Part shown: positions 19,001-28,992 of the stretch, piece by piece | Numbering within the stretch: the stretch's first letter is position 1 | Layout: each line of letters starts with the position of its first letter | DNA from: a virus | Taxonomy: Duplodnaviria > Caudoviricetes | IMG/VR virus record: IMGVR_UViG_3300042539_001740 | Reading direction: 5' to 3' (one strand) | Length of the DNA stretch: 64,000 nucleotides | Notes under the pieces: model-generated | Databases searched by the model: none | What the model saw: the letters and a program-made list of their open reading frames with translations, nothing else | Told to the model about the DNA's origin: nothing | Program-made: the position numbers and the translations under genes

Positions 19001-21051
19001 CACAAGTATATTCTGTAAATGCAATGGCTTGTAGAAGAGTTATAATAAAATCAATTGTTGTTGATGTACCCGATATTGAAACTATTGAACAACCGAATGT
19101 TGAAGAACAAAAAGAAGTCAAAACACAACAAGTTGATGTTGTATCAAGTAGACCTGTAGATAGAGTTCAACCAACTGTAGATATTGTTAAAAAACTTAAA
19201 GATGGTATTGGTAAAAAAATATTGAGAAACTTATTTAGTGAATGTGATTATTTTGAAGTATTGAAGGAAGAAAATCCTATGGTATATACTTCAATTGTTG
19301 AAAAAATAAAGTATTTCAATCCGGCTTTCCATTCTATGACACCTGAAGGCTTAAATGCTCGTCTAACTTTCTTGAATCAATGTACAAAACCTGGTGAAAC
19401 GATACCAACAATAGGTCCTGATGGTAAACCAAGATACAATGATGCTCAAAATACTGCATTTGGTGCACCACCAGTTCTAATACTTAGAATAGGAGATTTT
19501 TACAATACAAAGATAATACCTAAAAGTGTTAGTTTTACATACGAAAAAGATGGTCAATTTGATATGAATCCTGAAGGTATTGGATTACAACCAATGATAG
19601 TTTCAGTAAAAATGGGATTTGACATTATTGGTGGTATGGGTCTTAAAGGTCCTGTAGAACAATTACAGAATGCTTTATCATTCAACTATTATGCTAACAC
19701 AGAAATATATGATGAAAGAGCAACACCTACTGATGAAAGTTATAAAGTTGTAGACCAAGAAATTATTACTTCTTTAACCGCAGGAGAAGAAGCTGCGACA
19801 ACTCAAAATTCAACACCACCACAGACAAATCCTGGTGGTTCAACTATAGGTGAAATTATTACAAATATACCAGTACCTAATGGTCAAAATGGTGAAATCT
19901 CATACGGAAAAGTAATGGACACATTAATAGACCAAAGTGTAGGTTATTTCAATAACACACTTAATACATTAGAAAAGATTACACTAAATTATAATTATGG
20001 AATTCTACAATTGGTGAATCAAAAAAGATTATATACGACTGGTTTAATGAAAGGAGCAACTTGGGCAAACCAAGATACACCAATCTGGGGTGCACCATCT
20101 AGTGTTGGTGAAACATTGGCCACTTTATTTAAAAATGTAACTGATGATATTGATGATGATGCTAACATAATTATTGAAGAATTAAATGCTAAAAAATTTG
20201 GATTAGATTCACCAGCAATTAAAGGAGTTAAACAAAATATGAAAGAGTATTTTAAAACACTTCAATCTGAATTTGAGAATGGTATTACAACTATAACACA
20301 AGAGTTTATAAAGTTTGAACAAGATTTTGTTTACTTAATACGACAAATAAATTTAATAAGTGAAAATACTGATGGAAAACTTTTGAATGGTAATAAACCG
20401 AGAGTTTATAACTTAACAGGTACTTCAGAAGTAACAGCATCAAGTTTGGAAAGTAGTCCAAAACCAACTAACACTACTGAGGAATTATCTTATGATTATG
20501 AGAAAGTTTACGAAGCATTGATTGACTATAATGATTATTTGTCAGGATTGGAAACTGAGGCAAAATATACAATTATAACAACAGAAGAAGGTTTAGATGA
20601 AATTTTTCCATTGAATGATTCTTTATTTAAAGATAATTCTGAACTTCTTTTCTTTATGGTTATATCAAGAATATTCTCTGATAAAAATAAAAGGGATGGT
20701 TTTATTAATAGTATAATTAAAGGGGAACTTCTTAAAATTTCAGACCCACTAAATTTAAAAAATCAATTTACACAGATAGTAAATAAGTTAGCTAATAAAT
20801 ATGATAAGGAATTAGCGGAAGAGGAAAAAATGTTCAAAGAACTAAGAAAAGATAAATATTTAAAAAATTTCTTAAGTAGTCCTGACGAAAAACTTTATCC
20901 TAAAGGTAAAACAAGAAAATTTAATTATACAACGATACCTAACCAAAATACTAATGCAACACAAGAAACAAATATAAAAAATGTTTTTAGTACCACTAAT
21001 ACTAATCAAGATACTCAAACATTTGATGGAAAAGTTTCATTCAATAGTTAA
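16012..21051 (+). CDS. Large baseplate / tail-tube-initiator protein (gpU/gp48-like) with an inserted OmpA-C-like domain
   Basis: FIGRPEPIYTY..R and FGAPPVLILRIGD..SVSFTY..PM..V resemble the two halves of a tube-initiator domain. Between them lies EGAAS..YNKKLSQRRIDSV..ASGE..CRRV, an OmpA-C-like pattern. Confidence 0.6.
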   Translation: MSESSLSFASTSSFRNSLLNRNLPPYAVTGVYTAPVGTRTYETSLSDYNVINSPDDLISQNPFVRQLYPLNEYGPEGGYNYTITYNNPPIINSSNQGEYSPNDTVLDLVNEFFIDAAYIENRYGPVGGFNDMVIIDNIQNNNKLYTPYWNPPTFVPSSYSPYQILISPDPAGDSGLLSQDSYLAKLGAQTLKKLFQDRVDADTRRNTQGTLTLDTTSDPFDISLIIAGKEPLRSKNWTITVPTTPTNESPFIQSLGGAYFPVSPIAGDYFDPVLFNAGSSTQISLALNVPNLTTGGGGLPLTLNITTNPSQNFIDNTGTGQQSALFANIDYNRYRAQYTRTSQFAQTESTINQNGTLNGGYYVGSRTSEPSTITSPPLQIPIDPFGRQVQTPVYGPSELGSLYEGNIGRLNFGLAGKSSSDGGGIDGQFVWVSPKYKSDAGFKATPGGGTGSQDEEFNLISSQYTSNESTNLQFKESSILDATQRLVNSADLVNGISRLKHVGNAINQVSKVFNDGYKELTKGSRVLSYRDNTTGAEAGIEYCRVFAKDTPYYTYGDLQKSDGITKSGRRFDYSVLDNTYNLNIAPLKNPGSTNLQPNAKGQVVAKKYMFSIENLAWRTSSKPGFTYDDLPACERGPNGGRIMWFPPYDLTFEDSADVSFDATTFIGRPEPIYTYSKSSRSGSVNWKIIVDHPSVMNTIVQKQLKGQTKEKIDSIVDSFFAGCVKFDIYELAKKFNTIPLSELYTYQEVINNPRLTKEELGQVITEISKENVPLGGQDGGNVTPPQGVKKTTPDPAKQAFVDAYLGIGFYFDNDIPSSGDIPYNSTYDGYISKKETYKTNAESAFASGGTYCKQNVEFCNRAKNVNEFFDSVVKTNYEKVSSGQKNFITDAFDLLNNKKGTITIEMEGAASATASVDYNKKLSQRRIDSVESFLKSFKIGDANLQKFIDDKKLIIKEIASGEQAKSVVPKSADGTPGFEVNCTEDIKSTTGAITFQSQVYSVNAMACRRVIIKSIVVDVPDIETIEQPNVEEQKEVKTQQVDVVSSRPVDRVQPTVDIVKKLKDGIGKKILRNLFSECDYFEVLKEENPMVYTSIVEKIKYFNPAFHSMTPEGLNARLTFLNQCTKPGETIPTIGPDGKPRYNDAQNTAFGAPPVLILRIGDFYNTKIIPKSVSFTYEKDGQFDMNPEGIGLQPMIVSVKMGFDIIGGMGLKGPVEQLQNALSFNYYANTEIYDERATPTDESYKVVDQEIITSLTAGEEAATTQNSTPPQTNPGGSTIGEIITNIPVPNGQNGEISYGKVMDTLIDQSVGYFNNTLNTLEKITLNYNYGILQLVNQKRLYTTGLMKGATWANQDTPIWGAPSSVGETLATLFKNVTDDIDDDANIIIEELNAKKFGLDSPAIKGVKQNMKEYFKTLQSEFENGITTITQEFIKFEQDFVYLIRQINLISENTDGKLLNGNKPRVYNLTGTSEVTASSLESSPKPTNTTEELSYDYEKVYEALIDYNDYLSGLETEAKYTIITTEEGLDEIFPLNDSLFKDNSELLFFMVISRIFSDKNKRDGFINSIIKGELLKISDPLNLKNQFTQIVNKLANKYDKELAEEEKMFKELRKDKYLKNFLSSPDEKLYPKGKTRKFNYTTIPNQNTNATQETNIKNVFSTTNTNQDTQTFDGKVSFNS

Positions 21052-21054
21052 ATT

Positions 21055-21378
21055 ATGGCAAGACAAACATATAACAGATACGCAGATTTTCTTTTAAACG
21101 GACAACAAACGATTGTTCCATATATTCAACTACCAAACAAAAGTAGTGATAAAAGATACATTTATAAAATTGGGATGTCCAGAATGGATAAAGTGTCACA
21201 ACAATATTATGGTTCTCCAACTTTCGGTTGGTTAATCTTGATGGCTAATCCACAATATGGTGGACAAGAATGGAACATACCTGATGGTTCTATATTGACA
21301 ATACCATATCCGTTAGTAACTTCTTTACAAGATTACAAATCCCAATTAAACAATCATTTCTTCTATTATGGTAGATAG
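21055..21378 (+). CDS. LysM-like baseplate protein (P2 gpX / T4 gp53-like)
   Basis: RMDKVSQQYYGSPTFGWLILMANP...IPDGSILTIP is the gpX/LysM pattern, in the canonical position. Confidence 0.75.
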   Translation: MARQTYNRYADFLLNGQQTIVPYIQLPNKSSDKRYIYKIGMSRMDKVSQQYYGSPTFGWLILMANPQYGGQEWNIPDGSILTIPYPLVTSLQDYKSQLNNHFFYYGR

Positions 21379-24300
21379 ACCCGAAAATATATTAGTCGAT
21401 TTTGACTATAACAACATTATAGTAGTTGACCCAAACAAAATTATTGATGAGGATGGTCGTGCAAAAGACAGACACATCAGAATGGAGAATATGGTTTATT
21501 ATGCTAATTTGGAATGTAAAGTAGTTCCAAGAACTAAATTAGCCGTGGGTGTTGCAGCTAATGATGCAATTCAAACAGTATCTGTAGCATCTCTTAATTT
21601 TCTACAACCTGGTGGAGAAGATTATCTTAATACTAAATGGACTGATGAAATAACAGGGAAAGATTCTTTGAAAGGTCAAGGTATTAATCAACCAATAAAA
21701 AACCAATTTCAAAATCCGAATAAAAGTGATGACTACTATGTAAGACAAACAATTAATACTGGTGGTAAACCTGGTGCTACTGACACTGGATTATTAGGTA
21801 TAAAGTCAATTAGTGTCACAATTAACACAGCATTTGAACCAGTTATATCAATAAAAATGATTGATATAAGAGGTAAAGCTCTATTTGAATCAGGTGATAG
21901 TTCACCATATGCTGTTTTCTTCAACCTACCATATCCTTTATTCTATCTAACACTAAAGGGGTATCTAGGTAAAGCAATCAGGTTACCATTGATGTTGTAT
22001 AAATTTGGTGCTTCATTTAATACTGGTTCGGGTAACTTCGATGTGGACTTACAATTTTATACATACAAATATAATGTAATGACTGAAATTACAATGGCTG
22101 GTCTATTAGCTACACCTTATATGTATAAAACAAATCTTAGAATACAAGAAAGAAGTGGTGTCCCCAATCAGTCAGCAAACGTACAAGATAGAACAGTTAC
22201 TAGAGGGTATCAAAAGATTCAAGAAGTTTATAGTGAATATAAATCAAAAGGTATCATACCTGATGATTTTCCTGAACTAACGTTGATGGAAATGAAAGAT
22301 AGATTGGACATTTTTATTAAAAATAAAATGGACACTTTTGCAAAAGAAAACTTACAACCATTGAGTGATTGTGAAAGTTATAGAGTTAACTTAGCGGAAT
22401 ACTATGGTGATGTTTATTTTTATGCAGGAAATCAATCTTGGTTCAATAGAAATATGGACACACAAAATTTTATAGTTTTGACTGATAAAAAAACTAGGGT
22501 TTATACGTTCACTAAAGTTATAGATACACCTGATAAAAGAAACACTGCTGAAAGTGAATTAATTGGGAAAATTAATGATAATAATAAAAAATTAAAAACC
22601 AATCAAACTGTTGGTGAGGATGGAAAATATAAAATAGGAAAAAAACCTGAGGTTAAGAGTGCGATAAATTTTAGTATAAGTATAGATACCTTCAGAAAAG
22701 TTGTACAAATCAAAGATATTGATATCGCTGAAACCTTCCTACAACGTAAGAAAAAAGAACCCACACCAGCTGAATTGGAGACATTTCAAGCTGAGTTGGA
22801 ATTACAATTAGAGTTTCAAGCGGGTTCATTTAAAACAAAAAATGGGGACATAAAACAAGAAAAAAAATACTTTTTTTTCGAAGGTGATGGTTCATTTACT
22901 TCAATAGTACAACAAATGAACACAGACCTCAAAAGAATAAAAGAGGATATTGAAAATGCTTTGACTGAGACATTGGCCGACTTATTACAAAATAAAAACA
23001 ATGGTATTGGTTTTGTACCAAACATTAGAAATGTGTTAGCTGTGTTCTTTGCTAATGGTGAGGCATTTTTGAGATTGATGGATGATGTACATACTAAAGC
23101 TTGGAATGAAAGAAATAGTGATGTTAGGAAGAAAGCAATTTTTGACCCACAAGTTGCTGGTGCTTCACAAGATAATATAAATCCAGGTGATGACACTAAT
23201 ACACCAATTTATCCTTGGCCACAATTTATTGTCGCAACTAATGGTGAAAATGGACAAGAAAAATATGAAATTAGATATCCTGGTGACCAATCTTTAATAA
23301 GTCGTACTCAAGGTTATTTATATGATAAATGGCCTGAAATTGAATTTGTTGAAGAATTCATTAAAGGTTTGACTGAGAGAGACCCCGAAAGAAAAGAAAT
23401 CGGACCGACAACAAATGAGGTATTAGATATTAAACGTGCATCTATTAATGCTATTGAGTTTCCAATAACCAATCAAGTTTATAGTAATAAAGAGGAAGTT
23501 AAGTTCTTTTATGAGATTTACGAGAGATTAATTTATTTAGTTAATTTTTCAAAAATTACTCGAGCAAACAATACTAACTCTACTGCTGACGAAATATCAA
23601 ATGTTTTAGCCGAGTTTGAAAGTGGTAATCTTTTGGATAGTTTGGGTGTAAATAGTCCATTCATAATTATGAAACTTAAAAATTTGGGTTTCAATGCTCA
23701 AACTTTTCCTTTAATCCTTAGACAAATATCTAATGGTGGTATAGGAGAAAGTTGGCAAAATTATATCAGAGGAATTTTCAATACAAAATATATACGTAAT
23801 CAAATTTCTAATTCTAGTTTCGAATTTATTAAAAGTTCTGATTTTATTAGTAGAGCTACTGAACCTCAATTATCAATTGTTGACGAAGACAAACTACAAA
23901 ATTTTATTGATGATTCTACCGCAGGTAATAAAGTTGATTTTACTGACACTTTTCCATTTACAAATTTAAATTGGTGTAAAAATAATTTAGCTAATGGTGT
24001 TGGTGTATCCACAGTTAATCAAGCTATGGATACGAAAGATGTTATATTTTATAATAAAAATAAAAAAGTTATAACTAATTTTAACCAAGATACGACCTTT
24101 AACCAAATCAGACCAATTACACACTTTGTTTTTCAAAATGTTAGTGAACCATCAGTAACGGAAGATAATTTAAAGACATTTTTACAAAGTAGAACAACTG
24201 ATTATAAGTTACAACTTATAACTGAAGGTAATGTTGATTATTCAAATTATAATGGAAATTTAGGTTTGGCTAATCAAACATCTTCTATGTTTAATACACC

Positions 24301-27300
24301 ATACTTTACCAACTCAATACAAGAAGCAATACAGAAGTTTAGGAATGGTGACCCCTACCCTTTTACTGTTCCCGCTTACTTGTTTTTGAATAGTTTACCA
24401 TTAGCAACACCCAAAGAAAAATATAAAAGTTGGGACTTTGGTGAAGAAAAAACATTGAGTTATATTTTTGCAAGTTTAAAAAAATATTCGGGTGTTCACA
24501 AAGTACCATACGCATGGTTATTAAAATTAGGTTCTGTTTGGCATCGTTATAAAAAATATGTTGAAAGTACAAATAACTTTGATATATTGGATAACTCTTG
24601 GAAAAACTTTAATAGCTTAGTAAATTATGACCCAGTTACATCAGCAGCAACTAAAACATATAGTTTGACAATTAATAATGCAAACGTTGACATAGTATTA
24701 GAAGACATCAATACAATCGGTGTGGGGACTGGTACAACTACTTCCGTAATTATGAATGTTGGATTTTATCCAAAATTAATAAATGACTTTAACGTTTTTT
24801 ATCAAGGTTATGAAATAATTAAAAGTAACCAACAAATAAATGGTATTGCAAGAGTAACTGGTGGTACAATATTAACAATTTCATCAGTAAATTTAGACCA
24901 ACTCACAATCGGTAACATTTTAGGTGGGACAAGTTTTTTAGCTGGTACTACAATCTTATCACAAATAAATGGAACACCTGGTGGTATTGGTCAATATACT
25001 ATTAATTTACCACAATCAGTAACTGACTCAAACTTTTTTATAACCAATTCACAATCCGTTGGATATTCAGATACTTTAATACAACAAGCGTTAAGTTCTG
25101 GTTTAACAATGGAATATGTTGCTGAAGCAATTATAAATGAAACAAACTCAGCAAGAAATCTCAATACTAAAATCATACCTTGGTCGGTGAGTGTTAAAAC
25201 ACCAGCGGGTAAATTTTGGTATCAAATACCATCAAGTGGTAGTTTGTTTAATCAAACAAAATTGGAATGTTTTAAAAAGACATCAACAAATGGAATTTCA
25301 TCAGTTGTAATTCCAGTTACTGGTAATACTGCAATTCATAATGGTGCTGTTAGAACCTTTTGGACTGCCCCAAATTATGGATATTTTGATAACAATAAAT
25401 TAACTAAACCTTCATACGATTCGTATTTAAAATATATAAACCCATCAAGTGATGACCAAGAAAATTTTAGTTTCAGTCCAGTAACCCCATCAAAGATTGA
25501 GGAACTTTTATCAATATTCCCTAAAGATGTTTTGGATGGTTTCGAAACTGAGTTTTTAAAATTTTCACGTTCAGTTTATGACATTGAAAGTGATGGGTCA
25601 ACAAATATACCAGGAGGTATAAATGAAATACCATCTAAAGCTGCATTCAAAAATTTCCAAGCTTTGATGAGGGATATGATGAAAATACCTGTCATAACTG
25701 GTAATACAGGTGAGGAAATTGTATCAACTATTCAAACAAGTCAATTTGAAAAAATAAATTCTTATCTTTCAGATTTTCTTCTCTATGATATCTACTTTAA
25801 ATTTGGTAATCCATCAAATTATGATAGGAAGTTATTTTTAACTTTTTCAAATGAAGAAGTTGTTGACCCCATCGTTTGGGAAAAGTATCAAATCATAACA
25901 CCTAATAGTGTACCTGTAAATGGAAACCCAACTTTGTTATTTTCAGAGGTTAATTATCCTAATGTTTGGAAGGCTTTGAGAACCTATGTGGGATTTTCAA
26001 CAATACAAGATATAAGTTATAAAAATAGTGGTTCATATATCACTGATTTCTTTGTTGATTTTAATGTTGCGTTTACGGAAGATAATGTTAAATCTTTTGC
26101 TCAAATTATCAAAATTTACGCAACTCAGAAACTAAATCAGTTTCAAGTAAATCAAATTGAACCACCTCAGTCACCACCAACACAACCAACTCAGATTGTA
26201 GGTATAACTTATCTCAAAAACTTATTTACAATTAACATAGAATACTATGATGGTAAATATAGAACAATTTATAAGAACTCTGGTGGGACACCTCTATTTG
26301 AAAGTAAGTATGAAAGTATTCCACTTTCATTGAGAGCAGCAAACAATTTTAATGTGACTGCAACAACAAATGTTTATTATTCGGCAATAACTAATCAAGT
26401 TATTGAAACTGCATATAATTCATTATCTAATAATCCTAATGACCCGCAATATATTGTAAGACAAGAATTTGTTGAACCACAAACTTATACACCAACACCA
26501 AACACCACACAACAGAAAGGTAAAAATGCCTTTCAAACTGCTATGTCATCCTACTTGTCTCAAGTGGATAACTTTAGAGATAAGATTGTTAACAATTTGA
26601 TACCAAAATTACAAAAATCTTTGGCCAATGTTAATATGACAGTTGAAGAACAGAAACCATCGAAGTTGACTGGTGAACCACAACCTAAAGTTGAATTATG
26701 GGAATCATTTAAAGCACTAAATGATAAATGGATTTCTGGTAATGACTACAAAACTAAAACATTATTTGAGGATGTTTTATTATTGGATAGGGCAAATAAA
26801 AACATTGGGGAAGAAGTATTAATTGATATATTTTCAATAAGTGACCAAATTACAAACATAAATGCTTCGGCTAGTTTGTATTCTTACGTTACGGGTATAT
26901 TACAATTAAATCATTTTGTTGTACTTACAATACCTAACTACATCAATTTTTACAATGTACAAGATGCGATTAAAGACCCAAAACCAAGATTGGAAGGTAC
27001 TGCAGAATTTGCAAATACACTTTTTGGGACATTTTTAAATGTTGATTATAGAGAATCAACAGCTAAAATGGTTTGTACTTACGCAGGTAAAGCTAGTGAA
27101 CAACCTGATGTTAAAAGTGTTGACTTCAGATTTAGAAGTGATTCATTTGATTTGACTAGAGCAAGTGATAATCCCTTGGTTGAAAATCAAGTTGGTAAAA
27201 AAGATTGGGATAAATCAAATAGAGTAGTTGGATTTAATGTTGATATCGGTCCTCAAAATCAGGGTGTATTTAAAAACTTTAGTGTTGGTCAAAATTCATC

Positions 27301-28720
27301 TTTAGCAACATCAGAATCACTTCAGATTTTAAACCAAATGGCAAATCAAGGTGGAAACAGAGGTGGTGCAACACAAAGTGTATCCTTATATAATTTATAT
27401 AAGAACAGAAGTTATACTTGTAATATTGATATGTTGGGAAATGCTTTAATACAACCAACAATGTACTTTAATTTAAGAAACGTACCTATGTTTAGTGGTT
27501 CGTATTATATTACTTCAGTATCACACAACATCACAGATTCAAGTTTTGAAACTAGTTTTGAGGGAGTTAGACAACCAGTACCAAATTTACCAAAGATTGA
27601 TAATTACATACAAAATCTTAGAGCTAACTTGGTGAGTAAAATTACTGAATTGATTAAACAACAAAGTACAACAACTACAGTACAACAAAATACAAACGTT
27701 AATAGTGTTACAAATAATGTTACAAGTAATGCTGGTAATGGTGCTTCACAACAAGTTTCTCAAACAACAAATGAAGCTTGTAAACCAGTTGAACAATATA
27801 GTAAATTTGTTAACAATACTACACCTACTGAGGTTACAATTAATTATCAAGATTTGATTAAAGAAATAAAAGGTCAATCTAATGATGATAAACTACTTTA
27901 TACTATTTTCTTTTGGTCTTATACAAATTCATTCAATGGTAAAGATGGACTAAGAGTTATTGGAAATAATCCAGGTTATTTATCTATTGACCAATATTTT
28001 GGTACAATTGGAAATGAAAAATATTTCTGTACAACGAAAAATATTCCGTATGTTGAGTTTAGTTCGTTGTCAAATTATGTTGAGTTTCTTATTAAAAGAT
28101 GGCAATCAAGGGTTATTACTTTACAAAGTAATGGAGAACAAATCAATGTGGATGATTACGTTAAATTTGCTTATATAAATTCATTTGCTGATAGTGTTGG
28201 TAAAGGAACTGAGAGTTACAATAAAATGGTTGGAACTAATGACTTTCAAAAATATAAGGATGACTTTAATAAAGCACTACAAATATTAAAACCAGCAACT
28301 AATGTTGTAACTCAAATTACACCACCACCAGCACCGCCACAACCTTCGATTTTACAAGAAACAATTGTCACTGGTGGATTAGATGGTAGTTTCCAAAGAT
28401 TAACTATACAAATAAAACCAAATAGTGGTTTGTGGAAAATATTTGCAGTTAATTTGGATTGGACTTCATCAGCATTGTGTTCACGAAGTGGTAAAAATAA
28501 ATCTATACCAGAATATATTAGTACAGACCAACAATCAGTATTGATAAATAATACTGATTTAATATCACGAATTGGTTGTAGTGGTGTCTCTAGAAATGAT
28601 TTTATTGGAACATACAATTTTGTGATTTGGGTTTACGTTAATCCTGTTTTAGCTGATGGTAGAACAGACCAAAACAGACAACAAGAAATAGGAAAATATC
28701 CGATACAGATTGTATTGTAG
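21368..28720 (+). CDS. Very large baseplate hub protein (gpD/gp27-like core) with insertions and a possible lysozyme-like C-terminal region
   Basis: N-terminal LGIKSISV..I.MIDIRG and late MLGNALIQP.MYF.L..VPMFSG.Y.ITSVSH.I...FET.FEG.R are hub motifs. Follows the LysM gene. Confidence 0.6.
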   Translation: MVDRPENILVDFDYNNIIVVDPNKIIDEDGRAKDRHIRMENMVYYANLECKVVPRTKLAVGVAANDAIQTVSVASLNFLQPGGEDYLNTKWTDEITGKDSLKGQGINQPIKNQFQNPNKSDDYYVRQTINTGGKPGATDTGLLGIKSISVTINTAFEPVISIKMIDIRGKALFESGDSSPYAVFFNLPYPLFYLTLKGYLGKAIRLPLMLYKFGASFNTGSGNFDVDLQFYTYKYNVMTEITMAGLLATPYMYKTNLRIQERSGVPNQSANVQDRTVTRGYQKIQEVYSEYKSKGIIPDDFPELTLMEMKDRLDIFIKNKMDTFAKENLQPLSDCESYRVNLAEYYGDVYFYAGNQSWFNRNMDTQNFIVLTDKKTRVYTFTKVIDTPDKRNTAESELIGKINDNNKKLKTNQTVGEDGKYKIGKKPEVKSAINFSISIDTFRKVVQIKDIDIAETFLQRKKKEPTPAELETFQAELELQLEFQAGSFKTKNGDIKQEKKYFFFEGDGSFTSIVQQMNTDLKRIKEDIENALTETLADLLQNKNNGIGFVPNIRNVLAVFFANGEAFLRLMDDVHTKAWNERNSDVRKKAIFDPQVAGASQDNINPGDDTNTPIYPWPQFIVATNGENGQEKYEIRYPGDQSLISRTQGYLYDKWPEIEFVEEFIKGLTERDPERKEIGPTTNEVLDIKRASINAIEFPITNQVYSNKEEVKFFYEIYERLIYLVNFSKITRANNTNSTADEISNVLAEFESGNLLDSLGVNSPFIIMKLKNLGFNAQTFPLILRQISNGGIGESWQNYIRGIFNTKYIRNQISNSSFEFIKSSDFISRATEPQLSIVDEDKLQNFIDDSTAGNKVDFTDTFPFTNLNWCKNNLANGVGVSTVNQAMDTKDVIFYNKNKKVITNFNQDTTFNQIRPITHFVFQNVSEPSVTEDNLKTFLQSRTTDYKLQLITEGNVDYSNYNGNLGLANQTSSMFNTPYFTNSIQEAIQKFRNGDPYPFTVPAYLFLNSLPLATPKEKYKSWDFGEEKTLSYIFASLKKYSGVHKVPYAWLLKLGSVWHRYKKYVESTNNFDILDNSWKNFNSLVNYDPVTSAATKTYSLTINNANVDIVLEDINTIGVGTGTTTSVIMNVGFYPKLINDFNVFYQGYEIIKSNQQINGIARVTGGTILTISSVNLDQLTIGNILGGTSFLAGTTILSQINGTPGGIGQYTINLPQSVTDSNFFITNSQSVGYSDTLIQQALSSGLTMEYVAEAIINETNSARNLNTKIIPWSVSVKTPAGKFWYQIPSSGSLFNQTKLECFKKTSTNGISSVVIPVTGNTAIHNGAVRTFWTAPNYGYFDNNKLTKPSYDSYLKYINPSSDDQENFSFSPVTPSKIEELLSIFPKDVLDGFETEFLKFSRSVYDIESDGSTNIPGGINEIPSKAAFKNFQALMRDMMKIPVITGNTGEEIVSTIQTSQFEKINSYLSDFLLYDIYFKFGNPSNYDRKLFLTFSNEEVVDPIVWEKYQIITPNSVPVNGNPTLLFSEVNYPNVWKALRTYVGFSTIQDISYKNSGSYITDFFVDFNVAFTEDNVKSFAQIIKIYATQKLNQFQVNQIEPPQSPPTQPTQIVGITYLKNLFTINIEYYDGKYRTIYKNSGGTPLFESKYESIPLSLRAANNFNVTATTNVYYSAITNQVIETAYNSLSNNPNDPQYIVRQEFVEPQTYTPTPNTTQQKGKNAFQTAMSSYLSQVDNFRDKIVNNLIPKLQKSLANVNMTVEEQKPSKLTGEPQPKVELWESFKALNDKWISGNDYKTKTLFEDVLLLDRANKNIGEEVLIDIFSISDQITNINASASLYSYVTGILQLNHFVVLTIPNYINFYNVQDAIKDPKPRLEGTAEFANTLFGTFLNVDYRESTAKMVCTYAGKASEQPDVKSVDFRFRSDSFDLTRASDNPLVENQVGKKDWDKSNRVVGFNVDIGPQNQGVFKNFSVGQNSSLATSESLQILNQMANQGGNRGGATQSVSLYNLYKNRSYTCNIDMLGNALIQPTMYFNLRNVPMFSGSYYITSVSHNITDSSFETSFEGVRQPVPNLPKIDNYIQNLRANLVSKITELIKQQSTTTTVQQNTNVNSVTNNVTSNAGNGASQQVSQTTNEACKPVEQYSKFVNNTTPTEVTINYQDLIKEIKGQSNDDKLLYTIFFWSYTNSFNGKDGLRVIGNNPGYLSIDQYFGTIGNEKYFCTTKNIPYVEFSSLSNYVEFLIKRWQSRVITLQSNGEQINVDDYVKFAYINSFADSVGKGTESYNKMVGTNDFQKYKDDFNKALQILKPATNVVTQITPPPAPPQPSILQETIVTGGLDGSFQRLTIQIKPNSGLWKIFAVNLDWTSSALCSRSGKNKSIPEYISTDQQSVLINNTDLISRIGCSGVSRNDFIGTYNFVIWVYVNPVLADGRTDQNRQQEIGKYPIQIVL

Positions 28721-28743
28721 TTTTTTTTTTCAGTTACAACAGA

Positions 28744-28751
28744 TATTTATA
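28744..28751 (+). promoter_or_regulatory. TATTTATA box
   Basis: 14 nt upstream of ATG 28766. Confidence 0.6.
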
Positions 28752-28765
28752 TAAAAACTAAAAAT

Positions 28766-28990
28766 ATGAGTGTAAAATTAATTTTAGATAATTACTTAGG
28801 TAAAAATACTAGAACCTCTGAAAAAGATATGGGGGATGGTACTAAACAAGTTTGTGATTTAGACACTGGTGAATGTTACACAGTGAGAATGAAAGATGGT
28901 CTTATTGAAAGAGTTGATAATACAATGAGAACTCATAAAAAAATTCAAGTTGAAACAACAACAGGAATAAAACAACTATTAAATGGTTAA
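28766..28990 (+). CDS. Hypothetical protein (74 aa)
   Basis: ORF with a TATTTATA box and typical codon usage. Confidence 0.75.
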   Translation: MSVKLILDNYLGKNTRTSEKDMGDGTKQVCDLDTGECYTVRMKDGLIERVDNTMRTHKKIQVETTTGIKQLLNG

Positions 28991-28992
28991 TA

